A stretch of DNA of 64,000 nucleotides, taken from assembly GCA_024696635.1 (NCBI GenBank), contig JAILGP010000002.1, positions 1,276 through 65,275 of the forward strand. Direction: 5' to 3'. Source of the stretch: Eubacterium sp. (GTDB lineage Bacteria; Bacillota; Clostridia; Lachnospirales; Lachnospiraceae). Under the pieces are notes generated by a model that worked only from the letters and a program-made list of their open reading frames with translations, was not told the origin of the DNA and made no database searches. Each line of letters opens with the position of its first letter. Position 1 is the stretch's first letter. Below, piece by piece: positions 1 to 9,694 of this stretch. The position numbers and the translations under genes are program-made.

Positions 1-1
1 T

Positions 2-1213
2 GACATAGTTAATATGGGAATGGCGAAGCTAGTGGATGCCCCTGTGCTTTTAGTTGGAGATATTGACAGGGGTGGTGTATTTGCCCAGCTCCTTGGAACT
101 CTGGAGCTACTGGAGCCTGACGAAAGAAAAAGGGTTAAGGGGCTTATAGTAAATAAGTTCAGAGGAGATAAGACCATACTTGATCCGGGAATTGACAGCC
201 TTGAAAAAATGGCAAATGTACCAGTAAGCGGGGTGCTTCCCTATATCCGTCTTAATCTTGAGGATGAGGATTCTCTTACAGAAAGATTTTCCAGGAAGAC
301 CAGTGGACAGATAAAGATAGGAGTAATAAGGCTTCCATTTATTTCAAACTTTACTGACTTTGATGTCTTTGAACAGGTTGATGGTCTTGCTATAAATTAT
401 ATAAGCAGACTTGAGGAAGTGGAAAACCAGGACCTTATTATATTGCCTGGAAGTAAGAATACTATAGCCGATATGAGGTGGCTTAGAGAATCCGGCTTTG
501 AAAGTCTTATTAAGAAATTTGTATCAGGTGGTAAACCTCTTTTTGGAATATGCGGAGGCTATCAGATGCTGGGACATAAAATTATTGATGAGGATAATGT
601 AGAAGGCGGTGGAAGTATCAGAGGCTTGGACCTTCTTCCTTTAAGAACAGTTTTGAGGAAGGAGAAGCATACAAGCCAGGTTGAGGGTAAGTGTCAGGAT
701 GCCTGCGGTATATTTGCCGGATTAAAAGGGGCAGACTTTAAGGGCTATGAGATTCACATGGGAGAGACAAGTATCTTATCTGAATATATGACAAATAATG
801 AGGACATATCTGATAATGATAAGAATTCCCTGGATGATAATGCAGCTATATCTGATAATGATAAGAATTCCCTGGATGATAATGCAGCTATATTTGATAA
901 TGATAAGAATTTCTTGGATGATAAGGATACTTTGCAGGGTTTAGTAGAATTTACTCCCAATGGAAGTGGATATTGCAGGGATAACATTTACGGCACATAT
1001 ATTCATGGCTTCTTCGATGAGGCTGCAATTATAAAAGAGATTACTAATAGTCTTGCCAGGGAAAAGGGAACTGGTCTTAATGTAGATAAGCTTATTGATT
1101 ATAAGAGCCTTAAGGAAAAGGAATATGACCGCCTGGCAGATATGATCAGGGAATATATGGATATGGATTATATATATAGTATTATGGGAGTTGATAGAAG
1201 TGACAAGGGATGA
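2..1213 (+). CDS. cobQ: Cobyric acid synthase (CbiP/CobQ), 5'-truncated by the window edge
   Basis: Frame is open to the window start. PVLLVGDIDRGGVFA, VNKFRGD, glutamine amidotransferase motifs LPGSK, GICGGYQMLG, GYEIH and GTYIHG. Confidence 0.95.
   Translation, partial: DIVNMGMAKLVDAPVLLVGDIDRGGVFAQLLGTLELLEPDERKRVKGLIVNKFRGDKTILDPGIDSLEKMANVPVSGVLPYIRLNLEDEDSLTERFSRKTSGQIKIGVIRLPFISNFTDFDVFEQVDGLAINYISRLEEVENQDLIILPGSKNTIADMRWLRESGFESLIKKFVSGGKPLFGICGGYQMLGHKIIDEDNVEGGGSIRGLDLLPLRTVLRKEKHTSQVEGKCQDACGIFAGLKGADFKGYEIHMGETSILSEYMTNNEDISDNDKNSLDDNAAISDNDKNSLDDNAAIFDNDKNFLDDKDTLQGLVEFTPNGSGYCRDNIYGTYIHGFFDEAAIIKEITNSLAREKGTGLNVDKLIDYKSLKEKEYDRLADMIREYMDMDYIYSIMGVDRSDKG
806..924 (+). repeat. 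42-bp tandem repeat (~2.8 copies) encoding ISDNDKNSLDDNAA inside cobQ
   Basis: atatctgataatgataagaattccctggatgataatgcagct at 806 and 848, degenerate third copy at 890. Confidence 0.9.
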
Positions 1214-2297
1214 ACTCTTTAAAATAAATATAGAAAAGCCAAGTAGGGAGGCTTATCAAAAATGTAAAGAAAACTGGGACCATCTGGCAAAGCCCCTGGA
1301 TGGCTTTGGAGACTTTGAGGATCTTGTGGCAAGGATTGGTGGAATCCAGAATAATCCCGACCCTGATATTTCTAAAAGGGCAGCCCTTATTTTTTGTGCT
1401 GATAATGGCATAGTGGAAGAAGGGATAAGCCAGTCGGGAACAGAGGTTACAAGAAAGGTGGCAGGAAGTCTTGGGGCTGGTATAAGTCCAGTTTGTATAC
1501 TTGGAAAAAGTGCAGGGGTCAGAATAATTCCTCTTGATATAGGAATTATAGGTCAGGATAAAATCCCAGGTCTACTTGATAGAAAGGTGGCTGAAGGAAC
1601 CAGGAATTTTCTAAGGGAGCCTGCCATGACAGAGGGGCAGGTTCTTAAGGCTATAGAATGTGGAATCAGTCTTGTAAAGGACCTTAAGGACCAGGGGGTA
1701 AAGATAATTGCATCAGGTGAAATGGGGATTGGAAATACTACCACATCCGCAGCTCTCATTGCGGCGTTAACAGGTAAGGACTTTGATAAGCTTACAGGTC
1801 GTGGAGCGGGACTTGATGACCAGGGATTTGAGAAAAAGAAAAATGTTATAAAGAAGGGGCTTATGAAATACGGGGCTCTGGATAATAGAGAGGATGTTTC
1901 CCGGGAATATGCATTTGAAATTCTAAGAAGCCTTGGAGGCTTGGATATTGCAGGAATTATTGGCCTATTTATAGGTGGAGCCTTATATAAGATTCCTGTT
2001 GTTATGGATGGACTTATTACAGGTGCTGCTGGTATTGCGGCGGAGCTTATGGTTCCCGGAGTTAAAGATTATCTTATTCCCTCCCATAAGGGAAGGGAAT
2101 CGGGAAATGAAACAGCCCTGGATTTTCTTGGTCTTAAGCCATATATAAATGGTGATATGGCACTGGGGGAAGGAACGGGGGCTCTTATGCTCTTTCCGCT
2201 TATGGATATAATGTTTGATTATTATAAAAGAGGAAGTAAATTTTCTTCCTATGAGATGGATGGATATATACGTTTTGATGATGAAGCAAATATATGA
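1191..2297 (+). CDS. cobT: Nicotinate-nucleotide-dimethylbenzimidazole phosphoribosyltransferase
   Basis: AKPLDGFG, FCADNGIVEEG, GEMGIGNTT, GGLDIAG, MALGEGTGA motifs. Confidence 0.95.
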   Translation: MIEVTRDELFKINIEKPSREAYQKCKENWDHLAKPLDGFGDFEDLVARIGGIQNNPDPDISKRAALIFCADNGIVEEGISQSGTEVTRKVAGSLGAGISPVCILGKSAGVRIIPLDIGIIGQDKIPGLLDRKVAEGTRNFLREPAMTEGQVLKAIECGISLVKDLKDQGVKIIASGEMGIGNTTTSAALIAALTGKDFDKLTGRGAGLDDQGFEKKKNVIKKGLMKYGALDNREDVSREYAFEILRSLGGLDIAGIIGLFIGGALYKIPVVMDGLITGAAGIAAELMVPGVKDYLIPSHKGRESGNETALDFLGLKPYINGDMALGEGTGALMLFPLMDIMFDYYKRGSKFSSYEMDGYIRFDDEANI

Positions 2298-2409
2298 AAA
2301 TAATCTAAATATTAAATTTATTAAGTGATCTAATTTAGAAAGAAATCAGAAGATAAATCTAGCAGGAATTACATTTAAAAAGAATTAGAAAAACTTTAGA
2401 GGAATAAAT

Positions 2410-3033
2410 ATGGTGATTTTAGTAATTGGCAGACCAGACAGTGGTAAGTCAGAGCTGGCGGAGGGGCTGATTCTAAAGCTGGCTGATATTAATCCAAAAT
2501 TTTATATTGCTACCATGATTCCCTTTGGTAAAGAGGGAGAAAGGCGGGTTGAGAAACACCGTAAAATGAGAGAAGGCAAGGGATTTATTACTATTGAATG
2601 TCCTTATAATATTTCTTCTTTGAAGGATAAATTTGGTGAGTATATATTTGGAGAAAGTAAGACTTGCGAATATAGATCTTATGAAAATAAAATTTTTAAA
2701 GAAAGATCTGGCCAAAATATGTCTGAAGAAGAAAGCACTGCTTCTAAAATAAATATCCTGCTGGAATGCATGTCTAATCTGATTGGAAATGAAATGCATC
2801 TTGATAGTAATAAGGATTTATCAGATAAGGAGCTTGTGGATTATATTCTTTCTTCTGTTAAAACCTTAAGTGACCTGGCTGATAATATGGTCATAGTTAC
2901 AAATGAATTCCAGCTTGAAGAAGGCTTTGACCAAGATACTATAAGATATGTGAAGCTTGTAAATGAAACTAATGAAGAGCTGTGTAATATTGCAGACAGA
3001 GTTTATAAAAATATAGATGGAGAATGGATATAG
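2410..3033 (+). CDS. cobU: Adenosylcobinamide kinase / cobinamide-phosphate guanylyltransferase
   Basis: P-loop GRPDSGKSELAE, YIATM, RVEKHRKMR, LLECMSNL, VIVTNE; cob operon context. Confidence 0.9.
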   Translation: MVILVIGRPDSGKSELAEGLILKLADINPKFYIATMIPFGKEGERRVEKHRKMREGKGFITIECPYNISSLKDKFGEYIFGESKTCEYRSYENKIFKERSGQNMSEEESTASKINILLECMSNLIGNEMHLDSNKDLSDKELVDYILSSVKTLSDLADNMVIVTNEFQLEEGFDQDTIRYVKLVNETNEELCNIADRVYKNIDGEWI

Positions 3034-3810
3034 ATGAAACTGATGAGAAATATAGCAGTTGCATTTTCCTTATATTCCCGTATACCTATGCCACAGTTTA
3101 AATGGCAGGACCAGGATATGAAGCATAATCTGGTTTTTCTTCCCTGGATAGGGGGAGTAATCGGAGGAATCTATTTATTATTGATCAAGATTTTTTCCAT
3201 GGTAGAATTACCTCTTATTTTTAGGGTGGCTTTTTTTACTCTGATTCCACTGGTGGTTACAGGAGGCTTTCACTTGGACGGCTTTATGGATGTGGAGGAT
3301 GGACTAAGGTCCTACAAGTCAAAGGAAGAGAAGCTGGAGATACTTAAGGATCCCCATATTGGAGCATTTGCAATAATAGGTCTTATTAAGCTTGGCCTTG
3401 TATGGTTAGGTAGTATGGGTCTTATATTGGATAATTTAGACCGTGGAATTATGGTGATCATGGCTATAATGTTTTTCACTGTCAGAGCTATGGCAGGAAT
3501 AACATCGATTATATTTAAACATGCAAAGAAAGATGGCATGCTTAATATGGAAACCCAAAAAATAAGTAGGATAGACCTTATTAGTCTGATTGCAGAACTT
3601 TTGATCTCCATTATTTTAATGCTTTTGGTGGATTGGGTGGCAGGCCTTAGTCTTATTATTGGAATTCTTATTTTTACTATTTATTATAAGAATCTTACTT
3701 ATAAGGAATTTGGGGGAGTCACTGGAGATACGGCTGGTTTCTATATTGTATTTGGTGAAGGAATCTGTCTCTTTATTCTTGCAATGATCAGCCTTTTTAA
3801 GCTTATGTAG
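3034..3810 (+). CDS. cobS: Cobalamin synthase (adenosylcobinamide-GDP ribazoletransferase)
   Basis: Multi-TM protein with YSRIP, TGGFHLDGFMD, ILKDPHIGAFA, FGGVTGD motifs. Confidence 0.95.
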   Translation: MKLMRNIAVAFSLYSRIPMPQFKWQDQDMKHNLVFLPWIGGVIGGIYLLLIKIFSMVELPLIFRVAFFTLIPLVVTGGFHLDGFMDVEDGLRSYKSKEEKLEILKDPHIGAFAIIGLIKLGLVWLGSMGLILDNLDRGIMVIMAIMFFTVRAMAGITSIIFKHAKKDGMLNMETQKISRIDLISLIAELLISIILMLLVDWVAGLSLIIGILIFTIYYKNLTYKEFGGVTGDTAGFYIVFGEGICLFILAMISLFKLM

Positions 3811-3832
3811 GATTCAACTGGAGGATGCTTTT

Positions 3833-4540
3833 GTGGAATTAAATAGCCAAAAGAGAGTCCGGATTTTTCTTATAAGACATGGGAAGACATCTGGAAATAT
3901 AGAAAAAAGATACATAGGAAAAAGGACGGATATAAGTCTTTCAAAAGAAGGTATAGAGGAATTAAAGGCCTTATCTCCCCAATATAGAAGTCTTATTGAA
4001 GGAACCAGGAATTCCCTTTCAAAATCTTCGCAGGATGATTTATGTTCAGAGAAAACCATATATTTATCCGGCTCTATGAAAAGGTGCCGTGAAAGTATGG
4101 AGACTCTTTTTAAGGGAAAAAAATATCATGTAATAGAGGACCTCAGAGAGATAGATTTTGGGGACTTTGAGGGTTATAATTATAAAGAACTTTCTGATAA
4201 TCCTGACTACCAGAAATGGATTGGTTCCAATGGGACAATTGCATTTCCCAATGGAGAGGGCAGGGAAGAATTTATCAGAAATACAATGGTATGCTTCAAT
4301 GATATTATGGAGACATATGTTTATAATACTTATGCTGATAATAAATTAGATTGTCCTGATAATCTTGTGATTGTCTGTCATGGCGGAAATATTATGGCTA
4401 TTATGAGTACCTTGACCGGAGAGGATTATTTTTCTTTTCAGTGTCAGGTGGGTCAGGGATATATTTTAGATATGGAAGCAGGTAAAGGAGTTTCAGATGT
4501 TATATCATTTAATCGCATTTTTGCTGGGTTACCTTCTTGA
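3833..4540 (+). CDS. cobC: Histidine phosphatase, probable alpha-ribazole phosphatase
   Basis: LIRHG, LREIDFGDFEG, VCHGG motifs; GGAGG RBS; lies between cobS and cbiB. Confidence 0.85.
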   Translation: MELNSQKRVRIFLIRHGKTSGNIEKRYIGKRTDISLSKEGIEELKALSPQYRSLIEGTRNSLSKSSQDDLCSEKTIYLSGSMKRCRESMETLFKGKKYHVIEDLREIDFGDFEGYNYKELSDNPDYQKWIGSNGTIAFPNGEGREEFIRNTMVCFNDIMETYVYNTYADNKLDCPDNLVIVCHGGNIMAIMSTLTGEDYFSFQCQVGQGYILDMEAGKGVSDVISFNRIFAGLPS

Positions 4541-5486
4541 TATGATAATAGGTGATCCGGTGAATCTTCCACATCCAATCAGACTGATAGGTGGTGTAAT
4601 AAGCTTCATAGATGAGAAGTTTATGGATAAAAGAGTTAAGGGAAAGAGGAATAAATTTATAGAGTTTATTCTTGGCTTTATTATGTGGCTTTTTGTTACA
4701 GCTGGTACATTTATACTTACAGGAGCCCTTGTTTTTGTTTCCTATAAGGCGCATTTTATTGTGGGGATAGTAGTAGAAGCAATACTAACTTCCTATATCC
4801 TTGCAGCCAAGAGCCTTGAAAAGGAAAGTATGAGGGTTCATAAAAAGCTGACTGAGGGAACTATAGAAGAGGCTCGCTTTGCAGTTTCTATGATAGTGGG
4901 AAGAGATACTAAGGAACTGGATGATGCGGGAGTTACCAGGGCGGCGGTGGAAACCGTGGCAGAAAATACTTCTGATGGTGTTATAGCACCTCTTATCTAT
5001 ACGGCTATTGGGGGACCTGCACTTGGTCTTATGTATAAGGCTGTTAATACCATGGATTCAATGGTGGGCTACCACAATGATAGATATGAATATTTTGGCA
5101 AGGCGCCAGCAAGACTGGATGATATTTTTAATTTTATTCCTGCCAGGATAAGCGCCCTTCTTATGATTCTTGCAACAAAACTTAGTGGTCCTGAATATTC
5201 AGCAACTGATGCAATGAGGGTTTATAAAAGCGACAGAAAAAAAACTAAGAGTCCTAATGCAGGTCAGACTGAAAGTGTTGCCGCAGGAGCTCTTGGTATA
5301 AGACTTGGTGGAAATGCATCTTATTTTGGTAAGGTGGTGGAGAAGGAATATATAGGTGATGAGTTTAGAAAAATAGAGCCTTCTGATATAGAAAAAATCT
5401 GTAAGCTTATGTATCTTACTGAACTTATATGTGTAGTGATCTGTACAGCCATAATTTCAGTGGCAGATGCATTTGTTTCATTTTAA
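4497..5486 (+). CDS. cbiB: Adenosylcobinamide-phosphate synthase CbiB
   Basis: GDP..LPHP, VSMIVGRDT, ETVAENTSDG, YKAVNTMDSMVG, SPNAG motifs. Confidence 0.95.
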   Translation: MLYHLIAFLLGYLLDMIIGDPVNLPHPIRLIGGVISFIDEKFMDKRVKGKRNKFIEFILGFIMWLFVTAGTFILTGALVFVSYKAHFIVGIVVEAILTSYILAAKSLEKESMRVHKKLTEGTIEEARFAVSMIVGRDTKELDDAGVTRAAVETVAENTSDGVIAPLIYTAIGGPALGLMYKAVNTMDSMVGYHNDRYEYFGKAPARLDDIFNFIPARISALLMILATKLSGPEYSATDAMRVYKSDRKKTKSPNAGQTESVAAGALGIRLGGNASYFGKVVEKEYIGDEFRKIEPSDIEKICKLMYLTELICVVICTAIISVADAFVSF

Positions 5487-5531
5487 ATTTTAAGTCTAAA
5501 AAAACACTTGGTATAATCGGGGAGTATATAA

Positions 5532-6722
5532 ATGCTACATGGCGGCGATATTTATACAAGAAAAATTAAATATGATTTTTCAGTAAATACTAATCCAAAT
5601 CCTTGTCCAGGTGAAATTATGGAGGCTATTAGCGGGAGCCTTAAATATATTGGTAATTATCCGGACCCACTTCAAAGAAGGGTAAGACATGAACTTTCTC
5701 TTCTTGAAGGAATTAAAGAGGAATATATTATATGTGGAAATGGGGCATCGGATCTTCTTATGGCTGGTGTTCAGGCCATTAAGCCTAGGGTGGCATATCT
5801 AATATGTCCTTGCTTTTATGGTTACCGTCATGCATTAAATTCCTGTCAGGACATAGTAGTAAAAGAATACTATTTAAGGGAGGAAGAGAACTTCATTCTT
5901 GGGAATAGTCTTTTGGATAAGGTTCATGATGATATTGTATCAGATTTCCATAATAGTGATAAAAAAAGTCCGGGTATTCTATTTCTAACTAATCCCAATA
6001 ATCCTAGTGGTAAAAATATAAGTCCTGAAGTTATTGAAAATTTATTAGATACCTGCAGCAGATGTAACATTTCGGTGATTCTTGATGAGTGTTTTCTAAG
6101 AATGTCAGATAAGGGCGTAAGCTTTAAGAAAAAGGTTTTAAGCTATAATAATCTTTATGTGGTAGATGCATTTACCAAATTATTTTCAGTGCCGGGAATC
6201 AGGGCCGGCTATATGATTTCCAATAAGGATAATATTGAAAATATTAAAAGATATTTACATGAATGGAACCTGTCTATACCTGGAGAAGCAGCCCTTGTGG
6301 CAGGAGCAAAGCTTCTTAGAAAATCTGATTTTTGTGAAAAGACAAGGTCTATTATAAGAGAGGAAAGAAAGTATCTTTATGAAGAATTAAGGAATATATA
6401 TTTAATTAATTCTCTATCAGAAAAAACAGAATTAAGAGATATTGAATCAAAAACTGAATCCAAAGCTTTATCAAAAACTGAATCAAAAACTGAATCAAAA
6501 CATGCATTTACTCTAATGGATTCAGATACCAGCTTTATTCTTTTTAAAGCTAATGAGTCGGGGCTGAAACTTTTTGATAAGCTCCTGGAAGAGGGGATTC
6601 TGATCAGAAGCTGTAAGGGATTTTCTGGACTTAACCAGGACTGGTACAGGATAGCGGTGAAGAGTCATGAAGAAAATAAGATTCTGATTAGTCACTTAAA
6701 GAGAATGTTTGAAAATGTGTAA
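5532..6722 (+). CDS. cobD: L-threonine-O-3-phosphate decarboxylase (class I/II PLP enzyme)
   Basis: MLHGGDIY, DFSVNTNP, GNGA, NPNNPSG, DECF, AFTKLFSVPGIRAGY. Confidence 0.9.
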   Translation: MLHGGDIYTRKIKYDFSVNTNPNPCPGEIMEAISGSLKYIGNYPDPLQRRVRHELSLLEGIKEEYIICGNGASDLLMAGVQAIKPRVAYLICPCFYGYRHALNSCQDIVVKEYYLREEENFILGNSLLDKVHDDIVSDFHNSDKKSPGILFLTNPNNPSGKNISPEVIENLLDTCSRCNISVILDECFLRMSDKGVSFKKKVLSYNNLYVVDAFTKLFSVPGIRAGYMISNKDNIENIKRYLHEWNLSIPGEAALVAGAKLLRKSDFCEKTRSIIREERKYLYEELRNIYLINSLSEKTELRDIESKTESKALSKTESKTESKHAFTLMDSDTSFILFKANESGLKLFDKLLEEGILIRSCKGFSGLNQDWYRIAVKSHEENKILISHLKRMFENV

Positions 6723-6802
6723 ATACTATTTAGCTATATGATTTACCTGGGAATATAAGTATTATTTTCTGGTTTTCTGGCTAAAGAATAGAAAAAATAA
6801 GT

Positions 6803-7468
6803 TTGAAAAATTTAATGGATAGAATAATGAATATAGAACATATAGAACCAAAGGATATAGAAAAAAGAAGCTTTGAAATAATAAGTCAGGAGCTAAAAAA
6901 GAGGCAGATAGAAATTCCGCAGGATAAGGCATTTGTCATAAAAAGAGCCATACATACCACTGCGGATTTTGAATATGCCCAAACTCTTTGTTTTTCAAAG
7001 GACGCTATTTCCAAGGTGGCAGAACTTATAAGGCAGGGAGCCATTATAGTCACCGATACTAATATGGGACTTTCTGGGATTAATAAGGCTGAGCTTGGGA
7101 AATATGGGGGAAAGCTTATGTGCTTTATGGCAGATCAGGATGTTGCCATTGAGGCGAAATCCAGGGGACTAACCAGGGCCACTGTCAGCATGGAAAGAGC
7201 TTCAAAATTAGGACAAAGGATAATATTTGCAATTGGAAATGCACCTACAGCTCTTATTGAATTAAGGCGTATGTATGATGAGAAAATTTTTATTCCTGAT
7301 TTTATAATAGGTGTCCCTGTGGGGTTTGTAAATGTAGAAGCGGCTAAGGAAATGATTATGGAGACAGACATACCTTACATAGTAAATAAGGGACGTAAGG
7401 GTGGAAGCAATGTGGCGGCAGCCATCTGTAATGCAATTCTTTATGAGATGAAAAAAGGAAATATTTGA
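6803..7468 (+). CDS. cbiC: Cobalt-precorrin-8 methylmutase (start may be ATG 6815)
   Basis: IEKRSFEII, RAIHTTADF, IGNAPTAL, GVPVGFVN, GRKGGSNVAAA. Confidence 0.95.
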   Translation: MKNLMDRIMNIEHIEPKDIEKRSFEIISQELKKRQIEIPQDKAFVIKRAIHTTADFEYAQTLCFSKDAISKVAELIRQGAIIVTDTNMGLSGINKAELGKYGGKLMCFMADQDVAIEAKSRGLTRATVSMERASKLGQRIIFAIGNAPTALIELRRMYDEKIFIPDFIIGVPVGFVNVEAAKEMIMETDIPYIVNKGRKGGSNVAAAICNAILYEMKKGNI

Positions 7469-7469
7469 T

Positions 7470-7593
7470 AAAAGAAAATACTAAAAAGGAATGTTAAAAA
7501 AGGAATATTTAAAAAGGAATATTTTAACAGAAATACTTAAATAGAAAAGCTTAAATAGAAATACTTAAATAGAAATACTTAAATAGAAAATAT
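7470..7593. repeat. Intergenic tandem repeats: ~14-bp aaaaaggaatattt-like x3, then gaaatacttaaata-like x4
   Basis: Read directly between cbiC and cbiD. Confidence 0.8.
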
Positions 7594-8826
7594 TTGATAA
7601 AAGGGAAATGTATGAGATACGGGTTTACAACTGGAAGCTGTAGTGCGGCAGCGGCTAAGGCGGCAACCTACATGCTGCTAAGTGGAAAACTGAAGGAAAG
7701 TATATGTATTACAACCCCCAAGGGTATTGATTTTAATGCAGAGATTCTTAATATAAAGTGTTCAGAAAATGAGGTTACCTGCGGTGTTCTGAAGGATGGT
7801 GGGGATGATCCGGATGTGACCAGTGGTTCCATAGTTTACGCCACGGTTTCTTACTTGGATGAATTAGATAAGATAGACCAGTCAGATTATAAGTCGGCTG
7901 AATCAGATCTTAAGTCGAATCTGGCAGATTATAAATCAAATAATCTGGATAATGGAGATTCTCAAATTATAATCGATGGAGGTCAGGGTGTGGGCAGGGT
8001 AACTATGCCTGGACTTGATCAGCCAGTGGGAAATGCGGCTATAAATTCTGTTCCAAGGATCATGATCGAAAAGGAAGTAAGACAAGTGATGGAGGTCCTG
8101 GATTATAAGGGTGGACTTAAAATTATCATTTCCATTCCAGGAGGAGAAAAGATAGCTGAGAAAACATTTAATCCAAGACTTGGTATAAAGGGTGGACTTT
8201 CTGTTCTGGGGACCTCAGGAATAGTTGAACCTATGAGCTCACAGGCTCTTTTAGATACAATTAAAGTAGAATTAAATCAGAAGAAGGCCCTTGGCTATAA
8301 GACTATAGTCATTGCCCCTGGAAATTATGGAATGGACTTTATGAAGGAGACCTATTCCTATAATCTGGACCAGGCTGTTAAGTGCTCCAATTTCATAGGA
8401 CAGACCTTGGATATGATAGGTGACCTTGGTTTTGAAGAGGTTCTCCTATGTGGACATGTGGGTAAACTTATTAAGCTGTCCGGTGGAATAATGAATACTC
8501 ATTCTCATGAGGCTGATTGCAGGATGGAACTTATGGCTGCGGCTGGAGTCAGGGCAGGTCTTCCTTTTGAAAGCCTTAATGAGATACTTAAATGTGTATC
8601 AACAGATGGAGCCTACGATATAGTTCTTAAGACTGGTCTGGAGAAAGAATTTATGGCCCAGGTCATGGATAAGGTTGATTATTATCTTAAGAAAAAAGCA
8701 GAGGATAGATTTAATATAGAATGCATGATTTATTCAAATATTTATGGCCTTATGGGTAAGACAGGTGGAGCAGATGACCTTATAAATAAGGTGGTGAATG
8801 GGGAGAGGGAATTAAAGAATTCATAA
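7594..8826 (+). CDS. cbiD: Cobalt-precorrin-5B C1-methyltransferase (start TTG 7594 or ATG 7612)
   Basis: RYGFTTGSC, KDGGDDPDVT, GVGRVT, AINSVPR, TFNPRLGIKGGLSVLGTSGIVEP. Confidence 0.95.
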   Translation: MIKGKCMRYGFTTGSCSAAAAKAATYMLLSGKLKESICITTPKGIDFNAEILNIKCSENEVTCGVLKDGGDDPDVTSGSIVYATVSYLDELDKIDQSDYKSAESDLKSNLADYKSNNLDNGDSQIIIDGGQGVGRVTMPGLDQPVGNAAINSVPRIMIEKEVRQVMEVLDYKGGLKIIISIPGGEKIAEKTFNPRLGIKGGLSVLGTSGIVEPMSSQALLDTIKVELNQKKALGYKTIVIAPGNYGMDFMKETYSYNLDQAVKCSNFIGQTLDMIGDLGFEEVLLCGHVGKLIKLSGGIMNTHSHEADCRMELMAAAGVRAGLPFESLNEILKCVSTDGAYDIVLKTGLEKEFMAQVMDKVDYYLKKKAEDRFNIECMIYSNIYGLMGKTGGADDLINKVVNGERELKNS

Positions 8827-8827
8827 A

Positions 8828-9694
8828 TTGAAATATTTTGAGGATATAAATTTGGAATATAAGAAGGAAATTAAAAAGGAAATTAAAAAGGAAATTAAAA
8901 AGGATATAGATCAGGAAATAAAGAAGGAAATCAGGATACATTTTGTGGGAGCAGGTTCGGGAGCCAAGGATCTGATAAGTATTAGGGGGGCAAGACTACT
9001 TGAGAAAGCAGATATTGTCATATATGCAGGTTCCCTTGTTAATCCTGAGCTTCTGGAATATTGTCCTCAGGCTGAGATTTATAACAGTTCAAATATGACT
9101 CTTGAGGAAATCCTTGATGTAATGAAGGCAGGACATGATGATGGAAAAGAAGTAGTAAGACTTCATACAGGGGACCCAAGTATATACGGAGCAATACGGG
9201 AGCAAATGGATGAACTGGATAAATCAGGAATAGAATATGATTCCTGTCCAGGGGTTACTGCCTGCTTTGGTGCGGCTTCAAGTCTTAATCTGGAATATAC
9301 ACTTCCAGGAATATCACAATCACTTATTATTACCAGAATATCGGGAAGGACTCAGGTGCCTGAATCAGAAAGTATAGAAAGCTTTGCCAGTCATAAGGCT
9401 AGCATGGCTATATATCTTAGTGCTTCTATGGTAGAAGAAGTGGCTCAAAGTCTTATCAGGGGTGGCTATGACAAAGACACTCCTGCGGCCATAGTTTATA
9501 AGGCAACCTGGCCAGAGGAAGAAAAATATATATGTACCATAGAAACACTTTCTGAAACAGCCAGGGTCCATAATATTACCAAGACTGCTATTATTCTTGT
9601 AGGTCAGGTTATAAATAGTTCTAATTATGAAAAGTCCAGACTTTATGCTGCAGATTTTTCTACTGAGTTTAGAAAGGCTAAGGATATAAAATGA
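8828..9694 (+). CDS. cbiF: Cobalt-precorrin-4 C11-methyltransferase with KKEI-repeat N-terminal extension
   Basis: HFVGAGSG, YAGSLVN, RLHTGDPSIYGA, PGVTA, YKATWP. Confidence 0.95.
   Translation: MKYFEDINLEYKKEIKKEIKKEIKKDIDQEIKKEIRIHFVGAGSGAKDLISIRGARLLEKADIVIYAGSLVNPELLEYCPQAEIYNSSNMTLEEILDVMKAGHDDGKEVVRLHTGDPSIYGAIREQMDELDKSGIEYDSCPGVTACFGAASSLNLEYTLPGISQSLIITRISGRTQVPESESIESFASHKASMAIYLSASMVEEVAQSLIRGGYDKDTPAAIVYKATWPEEEKYICTIETLSETARVHNITKTAIILVGQVINSSNYEKSRLYAADFSTEFRKAKDIK

Noticed and set aside
7470-7593. CRISPR-like arrays (also 30004-30076, 35621-35690, 42856-42906)
   Set aside because: Contiguous tandem units without unique spacers, too short, and no cas genes.
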